Part shown: positions 26,284-38,500 of the stretch, in pieces
How the letters are laid out: the number at the start of each line of letters is the position of its first letter
Position numbering within the stretch: position 1 is the first letter of the stretch
NCBI GenBank assembly: GCA_035510355.1
Contig: DATKHF010000001.1
Location: forward strand, 3,661-67,660
Reading direction: 5' to 3'
DNA length: 64,000 nucleotides
Source of the DNA: Candidatus Saccharimonadales bacterium
GTDB lineage: Bacteria > Patescibacteriota > Saccharimonadia > Saccharimonadales > UBA4665
Program-made: the position numbers and the translations under genes
The notes under the pieces: generated by a model
What the model was told of the DNA's origin: nothing
The model's database searches: none
Seen by the model: only the letters and a program-made list of their open reading frames with translations

Positions 26284-27468
26284 TTATTTAACAACTTTCG
26301 TTACAACGCCGGCACCCACAGTACGGCCACCTTCGCGAATAGCGAAGCGAAGACCTTGATCCATAGCAATTGGCTGCAGTAGTTTAACTTTGAATGTTAT
26401 TGTGTCACCCGGCATAACCATTTCCTTATCAGCCGGTAGTTCAACTTCACCAGTTACGTCTGTAGTTCGGAAGTAGAACTGTGGTTTGTAGCCCTTAAAG
26501 AATGGTGTGTGACGACCACCCTCTTCCTTAGTAAGGATATAGACTTCACTATCAAACTCGGTGTGCGGTGTAATAGTACCTGGCTTACAGAGCACTTGGC
26601 CACGTTCAATGTCATCGCGCTCGATACCACGGAGTAGAATACCAACGTTGTCACCGGCTTGACCCTGATCAAGATTTTTCTTAAACATTTCAACACCAGT
26701 AACGACTGATTTTCTCGTCGGGCGGATACCAACAATTTCAACTTCTTCGTTAACCTTAACAACACCTTGTTCAACACGACCAGTTGCTACGGTTCCACGG
26801 CCTTTGATGCTAAAGATATCTTCAATAGGCATGAGAAAGGGCTTATCAAGTTCACGCTTTGGTTCTGGAATAAAGTCGTCCATAGCCTTAACAAGCTCCA
26901 TGACTTTATCTTCATTCTCAGCGTCGCCTTCTAGGGCTTTTGTAGCAGAGCCACGAATGATCGGGCAGTCACGGTCGAAGCCGTTCTTTTCGAGCAAGTC
27001 ACGGATCTCTTCCTCGACAAGGTCAACTAGTTCGGGATCAGCGAGATCCATTTTGTTCATAAAAACAAGGATGCTTGGTACGCCGACCTGACGGGCTAGG
27101 AGTACATGTTCACGAGTCTGAGGCATCGGGCCATCAGCAGCTGAAACAACGAGAATGGCACCATCAATTTGAGCAGCGCCAGTAATCATATTTTTGACAT
27201 AGTCAGCGTGGCCGGGCATATCGACATGAGCATAGTGACGCTTTTCGCTTTCGTATTCCTGGTGGGAGGTAGCAATAGTAATACCGCGCTGTTTTTCTTC
27301 AGGAGCGTTGTCAATCTCATCATATTTAACGGGTTTATTGATGCTACTGGGTAGCTTCTTAGCGAGCACAGACGTAATTGCTGCGGTTAATGTCGTTTTA
27401 CCGTGGTCGACGTGGCCCATAGTGCCTACGTTTACATGCGGTTTGCTGCGGTCAAATTGATCTGCCAT
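26284..27468 (-). CDS. tuf: Elongation factor Tu
   Basis: 394 aa; [22 protein letters not shown] GTPase motifs. Confidence 0.98.
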   Translation of the reverse strand: MADQFDRSKPHVNVGTMGHVDHGKTTLTAAITSVLAKKLPSSINKPVKYDEIDNAPEEKQRGITIATSHQEYESEKRHYAHVDMPGHADYVKNMITGAAQIDGAILVVSAADGPMPQTREHVLLARQVGVPSILVFMNKMDLADPELVDLVEEEIRDLLEKNGFDRDCPIIRGSATKALEGDAENEDKVMELVKAMDDFIPEPKRELDKPFLMPIEDIFSIKGRGTVATGRVEQGVVKVNEEVEIVGIRPTRKSVVTGVEMFKKNLDQGQAGDNVGILLRGIERDDIERGQVLCKPGTITPHTEFDSEVYILTKEEGGRHTPFFKGYKPQFYFRTTDVTGEVELPADKEMVMPGDTITFKVKLLQPIAMDQGLRFAIREGGRTVGAGVVTKVVK

Positions 27469-27535
27469 TTAGAGAACTCCTATTAATTACAATTATTTAG
27501 CACGAGTATAGCTAACTCATGCGAGTTACCGATGT

Positions 27536-27564
27536 AGTATAGCCAACTTTACTAAGTTTGTAAA
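27536..27564 (-). promoter_or_regulatory. Sigma70-like promoter for tuf
   Basis: Minus strand TTTACA (27564-27559), 17 nt, TATACT (27541-27536). Confidence 0.5.
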
Positions 27565-27613
27565 GTGTATGACATGCCTGAGCGACAAGTGGCTGACACC
27601 TAATTACCGGTAT

Positions 27614-27892
27614 CTAGTCAGTTCGTTGTCCTTCTCTGAGAACCTGTGCTTGTCTTAAATAATGCTCGCCTGCGATTTCGTAAGTATCTGCTGAATTGGT
27701 GGCAGATTTCAGGGAATCGGACGAAACTTTCCCTTCCCAAATAGCCATTCTCAACATAGCTAATTTTATGTTGAAGGCGCGCGCAAGACCCAATGTCTCC
27801 TCGTAGGTTTGTGGCGTCGGGACTAGATTTTGATCTGGATCAAAAACGTACATTGAAGTTTCTTCAGATTCTGGTTGACTAGAAGGGTTCAT
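27614..27892 (-). CDS. Orphan 92-aa protein between fusA and tuf
   Basis: Fills the fusA-tuf gap; no SD seen; no recognisable domain. Confidence 0.4.
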   Translation of the reverse strand: MNPSSQPESEETSMYVFDPDQNLVPTPQTYEETLGLARAFNIKLAMLRMAIWEGKVSSDSLKSATNSADTYEIAGEHYLRQAQVLREGQRTD

Positions 27893-27908
27893 GGGTTATA
27901 TTGTGCCG

Positions 27909-29996
27909 CTATTTTGCATTTTTAGCAATAATCGCTTCAGCGACATTGCTCGGAACATCGGCGTAGTGATCAAGTTCCATGCTGGAACTAGCTCGACCTT
28001 GCGTCATGCTACGCAAGTTTGTAGTGTAGCCAAACATCTCACCAAGAGGTACAAAACCAGTAATTTCCTTAATACCTGGCGTGAGATCTTCCATACTCTC
28101 AATACGACCACGCTTAGAATTTAAGTCGCCAATAACGTCCCCCATAAAACTTTCGGGTGTCACGACGACAACTTTCATAACGGGTTCAAGCAAGACAGGA
28201 TTGGCTTTTTTAACACCTTCTTGGAGGGCCATTGAACCGGCGATACTAAATGCCATCTCTGATGAGTCAACATCGTGATAACTACCATCATAAAGTTCAG
28301 CTTTGATATCAACGACGGGGTAGCCCGCCAGCACACCATTACTCATAGCTTCTTCGATACCTTTACGAACAGGTGTTATGTATTCACTTGGTATCACACC
28401 ACCTTTAATGGAGTTAATGAACTCGAAGCCAGCGCCAGCTTCGTTTTGACTTAAACGTAGCCAAACATCACCATACTGACCTCGGCCACCAGATTGCCGA
28501 ATAAATTTCCCTTGAACTTCCACGGCATCTTTACGGATAGTTTCACGGTAGGCCACTTGCGGCTGACCAATGTTAGCTTCGACAGTAAACTCACGCTTCA
28601 TGCGATCTACCAAAATTTCCAAATGTAGCTCACCCATACCGCTAATGATGGTTTGACCAGTTTCATCGTCAACACGAATACGGAAGGTGGGGTCTTCTTC
28701 AGCCAGACGCTGCAAGGCTAGGCTCATCTTTTCCTGGTCGGCTTTAGTTTTGGGTTCAATAGCAATGCTAACTGGGGGGTCGGGGAAGGTAATGCTTTCT
28801 AGAACAATTGGTTTAGCCTGATCACAGAGTGTATTGCCAGTGGTGGTCCCTTTTAGCCCAACAATCGCAGCTATATCACCAGCGCTAACAGAATCAACAT
28901 CCTCACGTTTATCGGCTTGCATTCGCACAATCCGGCCGACGCGCTCTTTTTCGCCGGTAGAGCTATTTAAGATATAGCTCCCTGATTTCAATGTACCAGA
29001 GTAAACACGGAAGTAAGCAAGTTTACCGACGAATGGATCGGTAGCAATCTTGAAAGCCAATCCCGAAAACGGTTCGCTGTCAGATGGCTTCCGTTCAATT
29101 TCATCTCCAGTCTTCGGCTGGGTCCCCCATGTGCTACCGCGCTCAAGGGGGCTCGGTAGTAAGTCAGTTACCGCATCAAGCACTTTTTCGACAATTACGC
29201 CGCGGCCGTCACCACCAGTTACAGCAAAGAATTTACCAGTTAATACAGCAGCTCGAATAGCCTGCTTAATCTCATCTTCGGACAGCCCTTCTTCACCAAC
29301 TTCGAAATACTTCTCGAGCATGGTTTCGTCCTCGGCTACAGCATTCTCAACCAAGAGGCTACGGTACTTTTTTACTTGATCCATCATGTCGGCAGGGATT
29401 TCACCTTCAACCAGTTCATGGTCAGTAAACTCTTTGTAGGTATATGCCTTCATAGCAACGAGATCAACGATGCCATTTATGGATTGTTCAAAACCAATAG
29501 GTAAATGGATCGGAAAGGCTCGCTTACTTAAACGGTGATGTATGGAATCAAGTGATTTATAAAAATCGCCACCAGTTTGATTGATTTTATTAATAAAGCA
29601 AATGCGTGGTACGCCGTACTTGTCGGCCTGGCGCCACACGGTCTCAGACTGGCTTTCGACACCCATCTTACCGTCAAACACTACACAGGCACCATCAAGT
29701 ACGCGTAAACTTCGTTCCACCTCAACGGTAAAATCAATATGTCCTGGCGTATCAATAATGTTGATTTGGTGATCTTTCCAGTAACACGTAACTGCGGCGC
29801 TCACAATCGTAATACCACGTTCGCGCTCTTGAGCCATCCAGTCAGTGGTTGTTCCACCTTCATGTACTGCACCAATTTTGTGCTTAAGACCGGTTCGATA
29901 CAAAATGCCTTCAGTTGTCGTTGTCTTACCTGCGTCAATATGAGCAATAATGCCAATGTTACGTAATTTCTCTAGTGGATATTTCTTTGCTACCAT
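27909..29996 (-). CDS. fusA: Elongation factor G
   Basis: 695 aa; [25 protein letters not shown] motifs. Confidence 0.98.
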   Translation of the reverse strand: MVAKKYPLEKLRNIGIIAHIDAGKTTTTEGILYRTGLKHKIGAVHEGGTTTDWMAQERERGITIVSAAVTCYWKDHQINIIDTPGHIDFTVEVERSLRVLDGACVVFDGKMGVESQSETVWRQADKYGVPRICFINKINQTGGDFYKSLDSIHHRLSKRAFPIHLPIGFEQSINGIVDLVAMKAYTYKEFTDHELVEGEIPADMMDQVKKYRSLLVENAVAEDETMLEKYFEVGEEGLSEDEIKQAIRAAVLTGKFFAVTGGDGRGVIVEKVLDAVTDLLPSPLERGSTWGTQPKTGDEIERKPSDSEPFSGLAFKIATDPFVGKLAYFRVYSGTLKSGSYILNSSTGEKERVGRIVRMQADKREDVDSVSAGDIAAIVGLKGTTTGNTLCDQAKPIVLESITFPDPPVSIAIEPKTKADQEKMSLALQRLAEEDPTFRIRVDDETGQTIISGMGELHLEILVDRMKREFTVEANIGQPQVAYRETIRKDAVEVQGKFIRQSGGRGQYGDVWLRLSQNEAGAGFEFINSIKGGVIPSEYITPVRKGIEEAMSNGVLAGYPVVDIKAELYDGSYHDVDSSEMAFSIAGSMALQEGVKKANPVLLEPVMKVVVVTPESFMGDVIGDLNSKRGRIESMEDLTPGIKEITGFVPLGEMFGYTTNLRSMTQGRASSSMELDHYADVPSNVAEAIIAKNAK

Positions 29997-30000
29997 TATT

Positions 30001-30333
30001 CTACTCTCTGTTAACTAATGATCTAACGACCCGAAACAGGCTGGGTGATGGCATTCTAGTTACTGTTGGTTTCATTGGGCACTTACCATCAACCATACCA
30101 CGACAGCCTTCTCTTTCTGCTGCCGCATCGCGCGTTCCGAGCAGTCTTTGAAACAACTCCGGATCTCCGAGATATCGTTCACCGTCGATTGCATCTAAAG
30201 TTGCCACTACACGAGGATCAACTTCCGATGGGTAGTTTCTCACCAGCTCTTCGCCATAGATACACACATCGCCGCTCGATGGACATAACGCTTGAGTAGC
30301 CATCGATGCTGGACCTTCTTGATTGTTCGTCAT
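30001..30333 (-). CDS. Orphan 110-aa four-Cys protein immediately upstream of fusA
   Basis: GAGGA SD 3 nt before ATG; stop 4 nt before fusA ATG; Cys17/Cys24 and Cys77/Cys85 (CX6C...CX7C); no recognisable domain. Confidence 0.55.
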   Translation of the reverse strand: MTNNQEGPASMATQALCPSSGDVCIYGEELVRNYPSEVDPRVVATLDAIDGERYLGDPELFQRLLGTRDAAAEREGCRGMVDGKCPMKPTVTRMPSPSLFRVVRSLVNRE

Positions 30334-30375
30334 TAATCCTCTTGAACTACTTAGATTTTAAAATTCGCTCTGTTA

Positions 30376-30404
30376 ACCATACGTGAAAACACACTATAAG
30401 TCAA
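30376..30404 (-). promoter_or_regulatory. Candidate internal promoter for orphan ORF + fusA
   Basis: Minus strand TTGACT (30404-30399), 17 nt, TATGGT (30381-30376). Confidence 0.4.
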
Positions 30405-30405
30405 T

Positions 30406-30771
30406 CTACTGCCGACTATTTGGGACATTGATCACACTATAAGCTTCAGCGATTACATCAAAGATGAAAGCATTATAAGCAGCCCTCTTCGCGCTCTCGT
30501 GTACTCGTTCAACTTGTTTTCTACCATTAGATTGTGACTCGGCAGGAACACACCCAACCGCCCATGGAGTTGGGATAAGGTACTCATAACTCCTATTAGC
30601 CTCTTGTTCACGACGAGCAGCTCCGCTTTTAAGCGCCCGTGCCATACGCTCCAGCTCCAGTGCTTTCTGCCATGAGTTAAACGCTGCTGTGCCATATTGC
30701 AGCTCCTCGACTAGGGGATCAATAGTGCCGTCCTTGATCAAATCTAGCTCTGGATCAATCTCGATCGCCAT
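30406..30771 (-). CDS. Orphan 121-aa protein downstream of rpsG
   Basis: Starts 11 nt after rpsG stop; helical, charged; no recognisable domain. Confidence 0.45.
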   Translation of the reverse strand: MAIEIDPELDLIKDGTIDPLVEELQYGTAAFNSWQKALELERMARALKSGAARREQEANRSYEYLIPTPWAVGCVPAESQSNGRKQVERVHESAKRAAYNAFIFDVIAEAYSVINVPNSRQ

Positions 30772-30782
30772 TTTATATCTAC

Positions 30783-31262
30783 CTAGAATCGTGCAAAGTG
30801 AGCAAAGGCACGGTTGGCATCAGCCATTTTGTGCGTGTCTTCACGCTTCCTTACTGCTGAACCCTGGGAGTTATATGCATCTACAAGTTCTAGCGCAATA
30901 CGATCAGCCATGCTCATGCCACTACGGGCTCGGGCGGCTGCCACAAACCACATCATTGTTAGGTGTTGTTGACGTTGACCTTTGACTTCGAAGGGAATCT
31001 GATAGTTAGCGCCACCAACTCGGCGAGAACGCGTTTCCATGTGAGGTTGAACGTTCTTCATAGCCTGTTCAAAAACTTCCAAGGGATTCTGGACTTTTAG
31101 CTTGTCAGCCGCTTTTTGCATACCAGTATAGACCAGCTTCTCGGCCATCTGTTTCTTACCATCGAGCATGACACGGTTTATGAGGCGTTGAACAGCAACA
31201 GAATTATAGAGTCGGTCTGGTTGAATATCTCGAACGAGTGATTTAGTCTTCTTACGAGGCAC
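30783..31262 (-). CDS. rpsG: 30S ribosomal protein S7
   Basis: 159 aa; MPRK......R.I.PD..Y.S.....LIN..M.DGKK..AE. Confidence 0.95.
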   Translation of the reverse strand: MPRKKTKSLVRDIQPDRLYNSVAVQRLINRVMLDGKKQMAEKLVYTGMQKAADKLKVQNPLEVFEQAMKNVQPHMETRSRRVGGANYQIPFEVKGQRQQHLTMMWFVAAARARSGMSMADRIALELVDAYNSQGSAVRKREDTHKMADANRAFAHFARF

Positions 31263-31675
31263 TACTTGCTCGCTTTCTTGGTGCCATACTTACTACGACC
31301 TTGCTTACGATCAGCGACACCCTGAAGGTCAAGACTACCTCGAACAATGTGATAGCGGACACCTGGAAGGTCTTTTACGCGGCCACCACGGACAAGTACG
31401 ACAGCGTGTTCTTGGAGGTTGTGTCCCTCACCACCAATATAGGCCCAAACTTCGTGACCATTAGTTAGGCGCACACGAGCGACCTTACGTAAAGCTGAGT
31501 TTGGTTTCTTCGGAGTCTTTGTCGTGACTTTTACACATACACCACGTTTAAATGGAGATGGCTTTTCATAGTTACGCGTCTTAAGGTTGTTGGTAACTCG
31601 AAGTAAAGCTGGCGATTTGGTTTTGCCAACGACCTTGGTGCGGGGCTTGCGAACAAGTTGGTTAATTGTGGGCAT
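31262..31675 (-). CDS. rpsL: 30S ribosomal protein S12
   Basis: 137 aa; [26 protein letters not shown]. Confidence 0.97.
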   Translation of the reverse strand: MPTINQLVRKPRTKVVGKTKSPALLRVTNNLKTRNYEKPSPFKRGVCVKVTTKTPKKPNSALRKVARVRLTNGHEVWAYIGGEGHNLQEHAVVLVRGGRVKDLPGVRYHIVRGSLDLQGVADRKQGRSKYGTKKASK

Positions 31676-31696
31676 ATCTAATAGATCCTAACACCT

Positions 31697-34600
31697 TTAA
31701 GCTTCTGCGTCAACGCTGTTAACAGCGGGTTCATCATTTAAGTGATGTGATGCGTAACCAGTGCCAACAGGGATTTTGCGCCCTAAGATAACGTTCTCTT
31801 TAAGGCCAAATAGATGGTCAACTTTACCACTAGTAGCAGCACCGATAAGAACGCGGGTTGTATCTTGGAAACTAGCGGCACTTAGGAATGAATCGGTAGA
31901 AAGGCTAGCCTTTGTTATGCCGAGTAATAACTGCGTAAATTGAGAAGACTGCTTCTTGTCTTTCGCCAAGTTCTCATTAGCTTCAACTGCCGCGAGCTTA
32001 CTGACTACATCGCCAGTTACGAAGTCGCTATCGCCCGGATCTTCAATCAGGACGCGGCTGAACATTTGACGAATGATAATTTCCAAGTGTTTGTCAGCAA
32101 TGTTTTGCCCCTGGTTCGCGAAAATCTGAAGAATCTGGTTCATGATGTAGCGCTGTGTCGACTCAATACCTTGCAGGCGCATAAGATCATGTAAATTGAT
32201 GGAACCATTTGTCAACCGCTGACCAGCAACAACTTTATCTTCATCCTTGATCAGAAGGTTCTTAAAGCCAGGAATCTCGTAGCGAAGGATGCTTTGCGCG
32301 CTTGGTGTAATGATGACAGACTTCTTCGTCACTTCAGCCTTACCAGTTATTGGTGCGACAAGTGGGCCAGCTTCATCTTCTTGCGCGGCCAAAACGTCAC
32401 CGATTGTAACGTCAGAGCCTGTAGCAATCTGCGGCGTGCGACCCTGGAGTGGCAGCTCAAAGCTTTTCTGTTTCTTAGTTGTAATTTGAACGACGTAGTG
32501 GTCGCCGTCTTCCCAAGTCTTAGCGGTACCGTCAATGTCTGCCAAGTAAGCCTGCCCCTTTGGAGCTCTAACTTCGAATAACTCCTCGATACGGTTTAGC
32601 CCCTCTGCCGTATCATCGGCAACCAAGGCGCCTGAACGGTGCTTAGAGTCAAGACTCAGCTGCGTACCAGGCTCACCAATACTTTGAGCCGCAATCACGC
32701 CAATAGGGTGATGAGTATCAACAATATCCCCTGTTGCAGGATCAAGACCATATGACTTCTGCGGTACACCGCGAACGGCGTTGGCGCTCAGGACACTCAT
32801 GATTTTAACACCATCAAGTTTGGTATCTGCATCGATTTGCTCAGCGATATCGGGAGTTATGAGTTGGCCGCGCTTCACGAATTTGCCAATGGTCTCAGCC
32901 GCAAAACGGCCGACTAAGCGTGATCCATACGTGACACCAATGACAGCAGCATCTTCGCGCATCATGGCAAATCCTTGATCCACAGCAGATTCGTCAATTG
33001 TAAATACATCTTGCGCGACGTCAACGAGGCGACGTGTTAGATAGCCGGCATCAGCTGTTTTAAGGGCGATGTCAATAACAGCTTTTCGAGTACCACGGGT
33101 AGCGGTAAAGTATTCCAACTGTGTAAGACCCTGCGTGTAGCTAGACTTGACCGGCAACTCGATAGCCCGACTGGCCGCATCCTGCATAACCCCAAGCATA
33201 CCCACACACATTTTCATCTGTGAAAGGTTACCACGAGCACCAGACGTCATCGCAATAGCCGTTGATATATCTTGACCAGCTAACTGCTTAGCCAATAATT
33301 CCTGGACTCGTGCTTCAATCTTTTGCCAGTTATCAACCGTTAGGCGATACCGTTCATCTTCTGTAATGAAACCTTGTTCATACTGATCGCTAATGGCCGC
33401 AGCGCGATCTTCGCCATCATTAATAGCGTCAGCACCACCGCTCACTTCTTGGAAATCACCCATTCCCATAGACAAACCCGATATGGTTGCATATCGGAAA
33501 CCGAGATCTTTCAAGTCATCAGCAATTTCCGCAGCGCGGAGCTGACCATACGCTTGATAGACCTGCGCCATAACTTGCTGCAGGCGTTTCTTGGTCATTG
33601 CCTCGTCATAGAAAGGAAAATCTTCAGGGAAGAGTTCATTGAACAGTAAACGGCCCAGCGTTGTCGTGCGTAATTCTCCGCGGAAAGGAACACGAACACG
33701 GCTTTGTAACTGCACGGCGCCAATGTCATAAGCCATAATGGCTTCCGATAAGTCGGCAAAAGCCTTAAGCTTATCTTTATTCGTAAACGGTCGTTCATAT
33801 GTTAAATAGTAACAACCCAGAACGATGTCTTGCTCAATATGTAAGATTGGTGAACCATCGGCTGGCTTTAGTAAGTTGCGGTTGGCAGCCATAATGTCAC
33901 GGGCTTCTATTTGAGCAGCATCACTAAGCGGTAAGTGAACAGCCATTTGGTCTCCATCGAAGTCAGCATTAAAGCCTTTACAAACTAATGGGTGTAACTG
34001 AATGGCTCGACCCTCAATGAGTACTGGCTGGAACGCTTGGATACTGAGGCGGTGCAAACTTGGTGCCCGGTTCAGTAGAACGTACTTTCCTTTAATGACT
34101 TCATCGAGTGCATCCCAAACTTCAACCTCATTGGTTTCAATCATCCGAGTAGCACTACGAATGTTATGAGCTTGCTCGCGGGCAATTAATTCACCGATCA
34201 CGAAGGGCTTAAAGAGTTCAAGGGCCATCATCTTCGGTAGACCACACTCATTAATCTTTAGTTCTGGACCGGCAACAATAACTGAACGACCAGAATAGTC
34301 CACTCGTTTACCGAGAAGATTCTGTCGGAAACGGCCCTGCTTACCTTTGAGCATATCGCTCAAAGATTTTAGTCGGCGGCGCTGGCCAGTGGCGGCAACA
34401 GCTCGGCCACCACGGGCATTATTGTTATCAATTAATGCGTCGACCGCTTCCTGAAGCATACGCTGTTCGTTGCGTCGAATAACTTCAGGTGCGTTAAGCT
34501 CAATCAATTTCTTCAAACGATTATTACGGTTAATCACTCGTCGATAAAGATCATTTAAGTCGGAGGTAGCAAATCGGCCACCAGTTAGCTGAACCATGGG

Positions 34601-35518
34601 TCGCAGGTCTGGGGGTATAACCGGCAAGACGCTGATACACATGGAGCTTGGTTCAATCCCAGCTCGCTGCATACCTTCAAGTAGACGAAGTCGCTTCATG
34701 ATCTTCTTTTTGCGTTGACCTTTGGCAGCTTCAGCTTCAAGATTCAACTCGTCAATTAGCTTCACTAAATCAATTTCCTCAAGCAGATCTCTTAGGGCTG
34801 CACCACCCATGCCGACATGCACGAGATCGCGTAGTTCATCTGGTAGTGATCGGAATTCACCTTCATTGATTAGGTTAAACTTCTCAAGTCCAACTAACTG
34901 ATCGCGAACTTGTTCGTGGGCAGCAGTTAGTTCTTCGAGTTCCTTGGTCTGTGCCTCTGCTAGAGCTTTAACGTTTGCATCCTTGGCCTGGGCTTCTTTT
35001 TCATAGCGCAGTTTGATAGCTTGCTTACCGGCTTCAAATTCTGCTTCACGATCCGCCAAAAGCTGATCACGCTTTGGCGTATCTACGCTTTTGATAATGT
35101 AGCTTGCAAAATATGCGATTCGTTCGAGGTTTTTAACGGTCATCCCCAGTAACAAGCCAACAGCTGAAGGTGTGCCACGTAAAAACCATATATGTGCGAC
35201 TGGCACGGCTAGTTGGATGTGCCCCATTCGTTCACGACGTACAATACTGCGGGTTACAAGCTCACCCTTTTTATCAACGGCAGCTTCACGACTTCGAACA
35301 CCCTTGTACTTGGTATCATGAGGATTAATATCCTTGACTGGGCCAAAAATGCGTTCACAGAACAGTCCATCACGCTCTGGTTTTTGAGTACGATAATTAA
35401 TCGTTTCAGGTTTTGTAACTTCGCCATAGCTCCAATCGAGAATATCGCTTGGGCTAGCCACTGCTAAACGTACAGCGTCAAAATCAGCTATATCTGTTCC
35501 GTATGAGTAATTTCGCAT
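31697..35518 (-). CDS. rpoC: DNA-directed RNA polymerase beta-prime subunit
   Basis: 1273 aa; catalytic [12 protein letters not shown]. Confidence 0.98.
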   Translation of the reverse strand: MRNYSYGTDIADFDAVRLAVASPSDILDWSYGEVTKPETINYRTQKPERDGLFCERIFGPVKDINPHDTKYKGVRSREAAVDKKGELVTRSIVRRERMGHIQLAVPVAHIWFLRGTPSAVGLLLGMTVKNLERIAYFASYIIKSVDTPKRDQLLADREAEFEAGKQAIKLRYEKEAQAKDANVKALAEAQTKELEELTAAHEQVRDQLVGLEKFNLINEGEFRSLPDELRDLVHVGMGGAALRDLLEEIDLVKLIDELNLEAEAAKGQRKKKIMKRLRLLEGMQRAGIEPSSMCISVLPVIPPDLRPMVQLTGGRFATSDLNDLYRRVINRNNRLKKLIELNAPEVIRRNEQRMLQEAVDALIDNNNARGGRAVAATGQRRRLKSLSDMLKGKQGRFRQNLLGKRVDYSGRSVIVAGPELKINECGLPKMMALELFKPFVIGELIAREQAHNIRSATRMIETNEVEVWDALDEVIKGKYVLLNRAPSLHRLSIQAFQPVLIEGRAIQLHPLVCKGFNADFDGDQMAVHLPLSDAAQIEARDIMAANRNLLKPADGSPILHIEQDIVLGCYYLTYERPFTNKDKLKAFADLSEAIMAYDIGAVQLQSRVRVPFRGELRTTTLGRLLFNELFPEDFPFYDEAMTKKRLQQVMAQVYQAYGQLRAAEIADDLKDLGFRYATISGLSMGMGDFQEVSGGADAINDGEDRAAAISDQYEQGFITEDERYRLTVDNWQKIEARVQELLAKQLAGQDISTAIAMTSGARGNLSQMKMCVGMLGVMQDAASRAIELPVKSSYTQGLTQLEYFTATRGTRKAVIDIALKTADAGYLTRRLVDVAQDVFTIDESAVDQGFAMMREDAAVIGVTYGSRLVGRFAAETIGKFVKRGQLITPDIAEQIDADTKLDGVKIMSVLSANAVRGVPQKSYGLDPATGDIVDTHHPIGVIAAQSIGEPGTQLSLDSKHRSGALVADDTAEGLNRIEELFEVRAPKGQAYLADIDGTAKTWEDGDHYVVQITTKKQKSFELPLQGRTPQIATGSDVTIGDVLAAQEDEAGPLVAPITGKAEVTKKSVIITPSAQSILRYEIPGFKNLLIKDEDKVVAGQRLTNGSINLHDLMRLQGIESTQRYIMNQILQIFANQGQNIADKHLEIIIRQMFSRVLIEDPGDSDFVTGDVVSKLAAVEANENLAKDKKQSSQFTQLLLGITKASLSTDSFLSAASFQDTTRVLIGAATSGKVDHLFGLKENVILGRKIPVGTGYASHHLNDEPAVNSVDAEA

Positions 35519-35522
35519 ACTT

Positions 35523-38500
35523 TTAGCCCTCCTCTTCCTTTACTTCAATAGGCACCGCCGGATCGGCAGCATCATCTGTAATATCACTGTCACTGGTGGT
35601 TATCGTAAAACCTTCATCCATAGCCAGATCAATGTCAGCAAATTCATCAACGCTTGTTGCATCTTCAGTCACATCGATATCTGATACTGTTGGCGCTGGG
35701 ACCTCAACTTCTGCTATATGAGAAGCCTCATCTTTAATGTTGTCCGCGAGTACAGCTTCGGCGTCAACCAGCTGGTCAGAACTGACAAGATCAACCTTTA
35801 GGCCAAGCCCTTGCAGCTCTTTCACGAGCACATTAAAGCTTTCTGGTACCTTCGGTCCAACAATTTCGGTTCGTTTTATGATAGCTTCATACGCTTTACT
35901 GCGGCCGTAGACATCATCAGATTTGATCGTCAACATCTCCTGCAACGTGCTGGCTGCGCCATACGCTTCGAGTGCCCAGACTTCCATTTCACCAAAACGC
36001 TGGCCACCGTTCTGAGCTTTTCCGCCAAGGGGCTGCTGCGTAACCATTGTGTATGGCCCCGTGCTGCGTGCATGAATCTTATCAGCAATCATGTGATTAA
36101 GCTTAATCATGTACATACTGCCGACAGTCGTTCGCTCTTTGAAGGCTTCACCATTACGGCCATCGTACAACTGTTGTTTACCATCATCTGGTAAACCAGC
36201 CTCACTCAGCAATGATTGAATTTTATCAACAGAGACACCATTAAATGCCGGGCTAGCAACTTTCATTCCAAGCGCCCGAGCCGCCATACCAAGGTGCGTC
36301 TCGAACAACTGGCCGACATTCATACGACTCGGTACACCAAGTGGGTTCAAAATAATATCCACTGGAGTGCCATCTTCCATGAATGGCATATCTTCAATCG
36401 GTAGAATACGGGCGATAACGCCTTTGTTACCGTGCCGTCCACCAAGCTTATCGCCTACTGCAATCTTGCGCATTTGGGCAACGAAAATTTGAATTTGTTC
36501 AAGTACACCAGCCTTTAATTCATGGCCATTCTCTTTATTAAATCGTTTAATACCAACGACTTTACCGTGCTTGCCATTACTCATGCGCTGTGATGTGTCT
36601 CGGACTTCTTTGGCTTTTTCGCCAAAAATAGCTCGGAGTAAGCGCTCCTCACTACTAAGCTCCTGCTCCCCCTTAGGTGTAATTTTACCAACGAGAATAT
36701 CTCCAGGGTGAACTTCAGCACCGATGTGAACAACACCGCTATCATCGAGATGCCGTAGACTCTCTTCGCTGACGTTTGGAATGTCACGAGTAACAATTTC
36801 AGGGCCTAGTTTCGTCTCGCGAACTTCGAGCATAAAGTCAACGATATTGATAGAGGTCAGTGTATCATCCTGTACAAGCCGGCGCGAAATGATAATTGCG
36901 TCTTCAAAGTTATAGCCTGCCCATGGCATAAAGGCCACGACAAGGTCTTTGCCAAGTGCTAACTCGCCATTTTCAATACTCATTCCTTCTATTAATGTCT
37001 CGCCAGTTTTAACTTTATCGCCAGCACTGACCACAACCTTTTGGTTAATGCTCGTTCCTTCGTTACTGCGGACAAAATGTTGCGGCTGATAGGTCTTGGT
37101 ACCTTGCTGGTATTTCACGACTACTTCATCAGCTGTGGCTTTAGTGACTTCACCATTTGCTTCGGCGGTTATGAGCTGGCCAGTATTTGTGGCTGAAGCA
37201 TGTTCAGTACCGGTTCCAACAATCGGAGCCTCAGGCATAATAAGCGGCACAGCTTGCCGCTGCTGGTTACTACCCATAAGCGCACGGTATACGTAATCTT
37301 TCTCAACGAAAGGAATAAGTCCAGCCGAGGAGCCAATAATTTGATTGCGTGCCGCATCCATATGCGTAACCTCGTTGGCATCAACTTCACCTGACTGCAA
37401 ATAACGTCGAGCACTGACACGTTCAGTATTAAAATGGCCATCAGCATCAAGATCTTCACCGGCACTGGCGATGACAGCTGATTCTTCGGCCGCTGCATCA
37501 AGATAGATAATATCGGTAGTCGCCAAGGCTTTGACAGGCCAGGTTACTTGATCTTTCACAGCTGCGAGGCTTTTGGCGTCACTAGCTGAAATCTTATGAC
37601 CAGCCTTAACAATAACTTTACCTTTAGCATCAACGAGATCAATTCCGGCGATATGTCCGACAGCATCTTTAGCTGTTACCGCATTAATCACTTTACGATA
37701 GGGTGTCTCAATGAAGCCGTACTCATTAATACGCGCATAATTAGCTAAGTTCAACACGAGACCAACATTAGCGCCTTCTGGTGTTTCAACAGCACAAATT
37801 CGACCATAGTGAGTAGCATGAGCGTCGCGAACCTCGAAACCAGCGCGCTCACGACTTAGACCGCCAGGACCCATAGAACTTAAACGGCGTTTGTGAGCTA
37901 GCTCAGATAACGGATTAATCTGATCCATGAATTGGCTAAGCTGAGAGCTAGCAAAAAACTCGCGGACAGCAGCGACTACTGGACGAGCATTAATAAGCTG
38001 GCCAGGTGAAACCGTCTCAATTTCACTCATACTCATACGGTCTTTGGTGTTACGCTCCATGCGCAGCAAACCAATTCGGAACTGACGTTGCACGAGCTCG
38101 CCAACCAGTTTAACTCGGCGGTTCGCTAGTGAGTCAATGTCATCAGCTGGTTCTTGCGTATTATTCAGTCGAATAATCTCGGCTATGATGGCAGTAAGAT
38201 CTTCAAGTCGCATCGCGCGATTAGCCATAGTGTTCGGTACATTAAGATCTAGGCGCTTATTAATTTTGTAGCGACCAACGCGGCTGAAGTCGAAACGCTT
38301 AAAGTTATAAAACATGTTTTCAATCAAACTACGAGCATTCTCGACAGTCGCAAGATCGCCAGGTCGAAGACGACGATAGACTTCAATCAGAGCTTCATTC
38401 TGGCCCCGAGCTGGATCTTTGTCGAGAGTCGCGTTGATATAGTTATGCTTGCCTTGGTCAACGTGTTGGAAAGCGCTACGAATTTGAGCTTCGGGCATGC

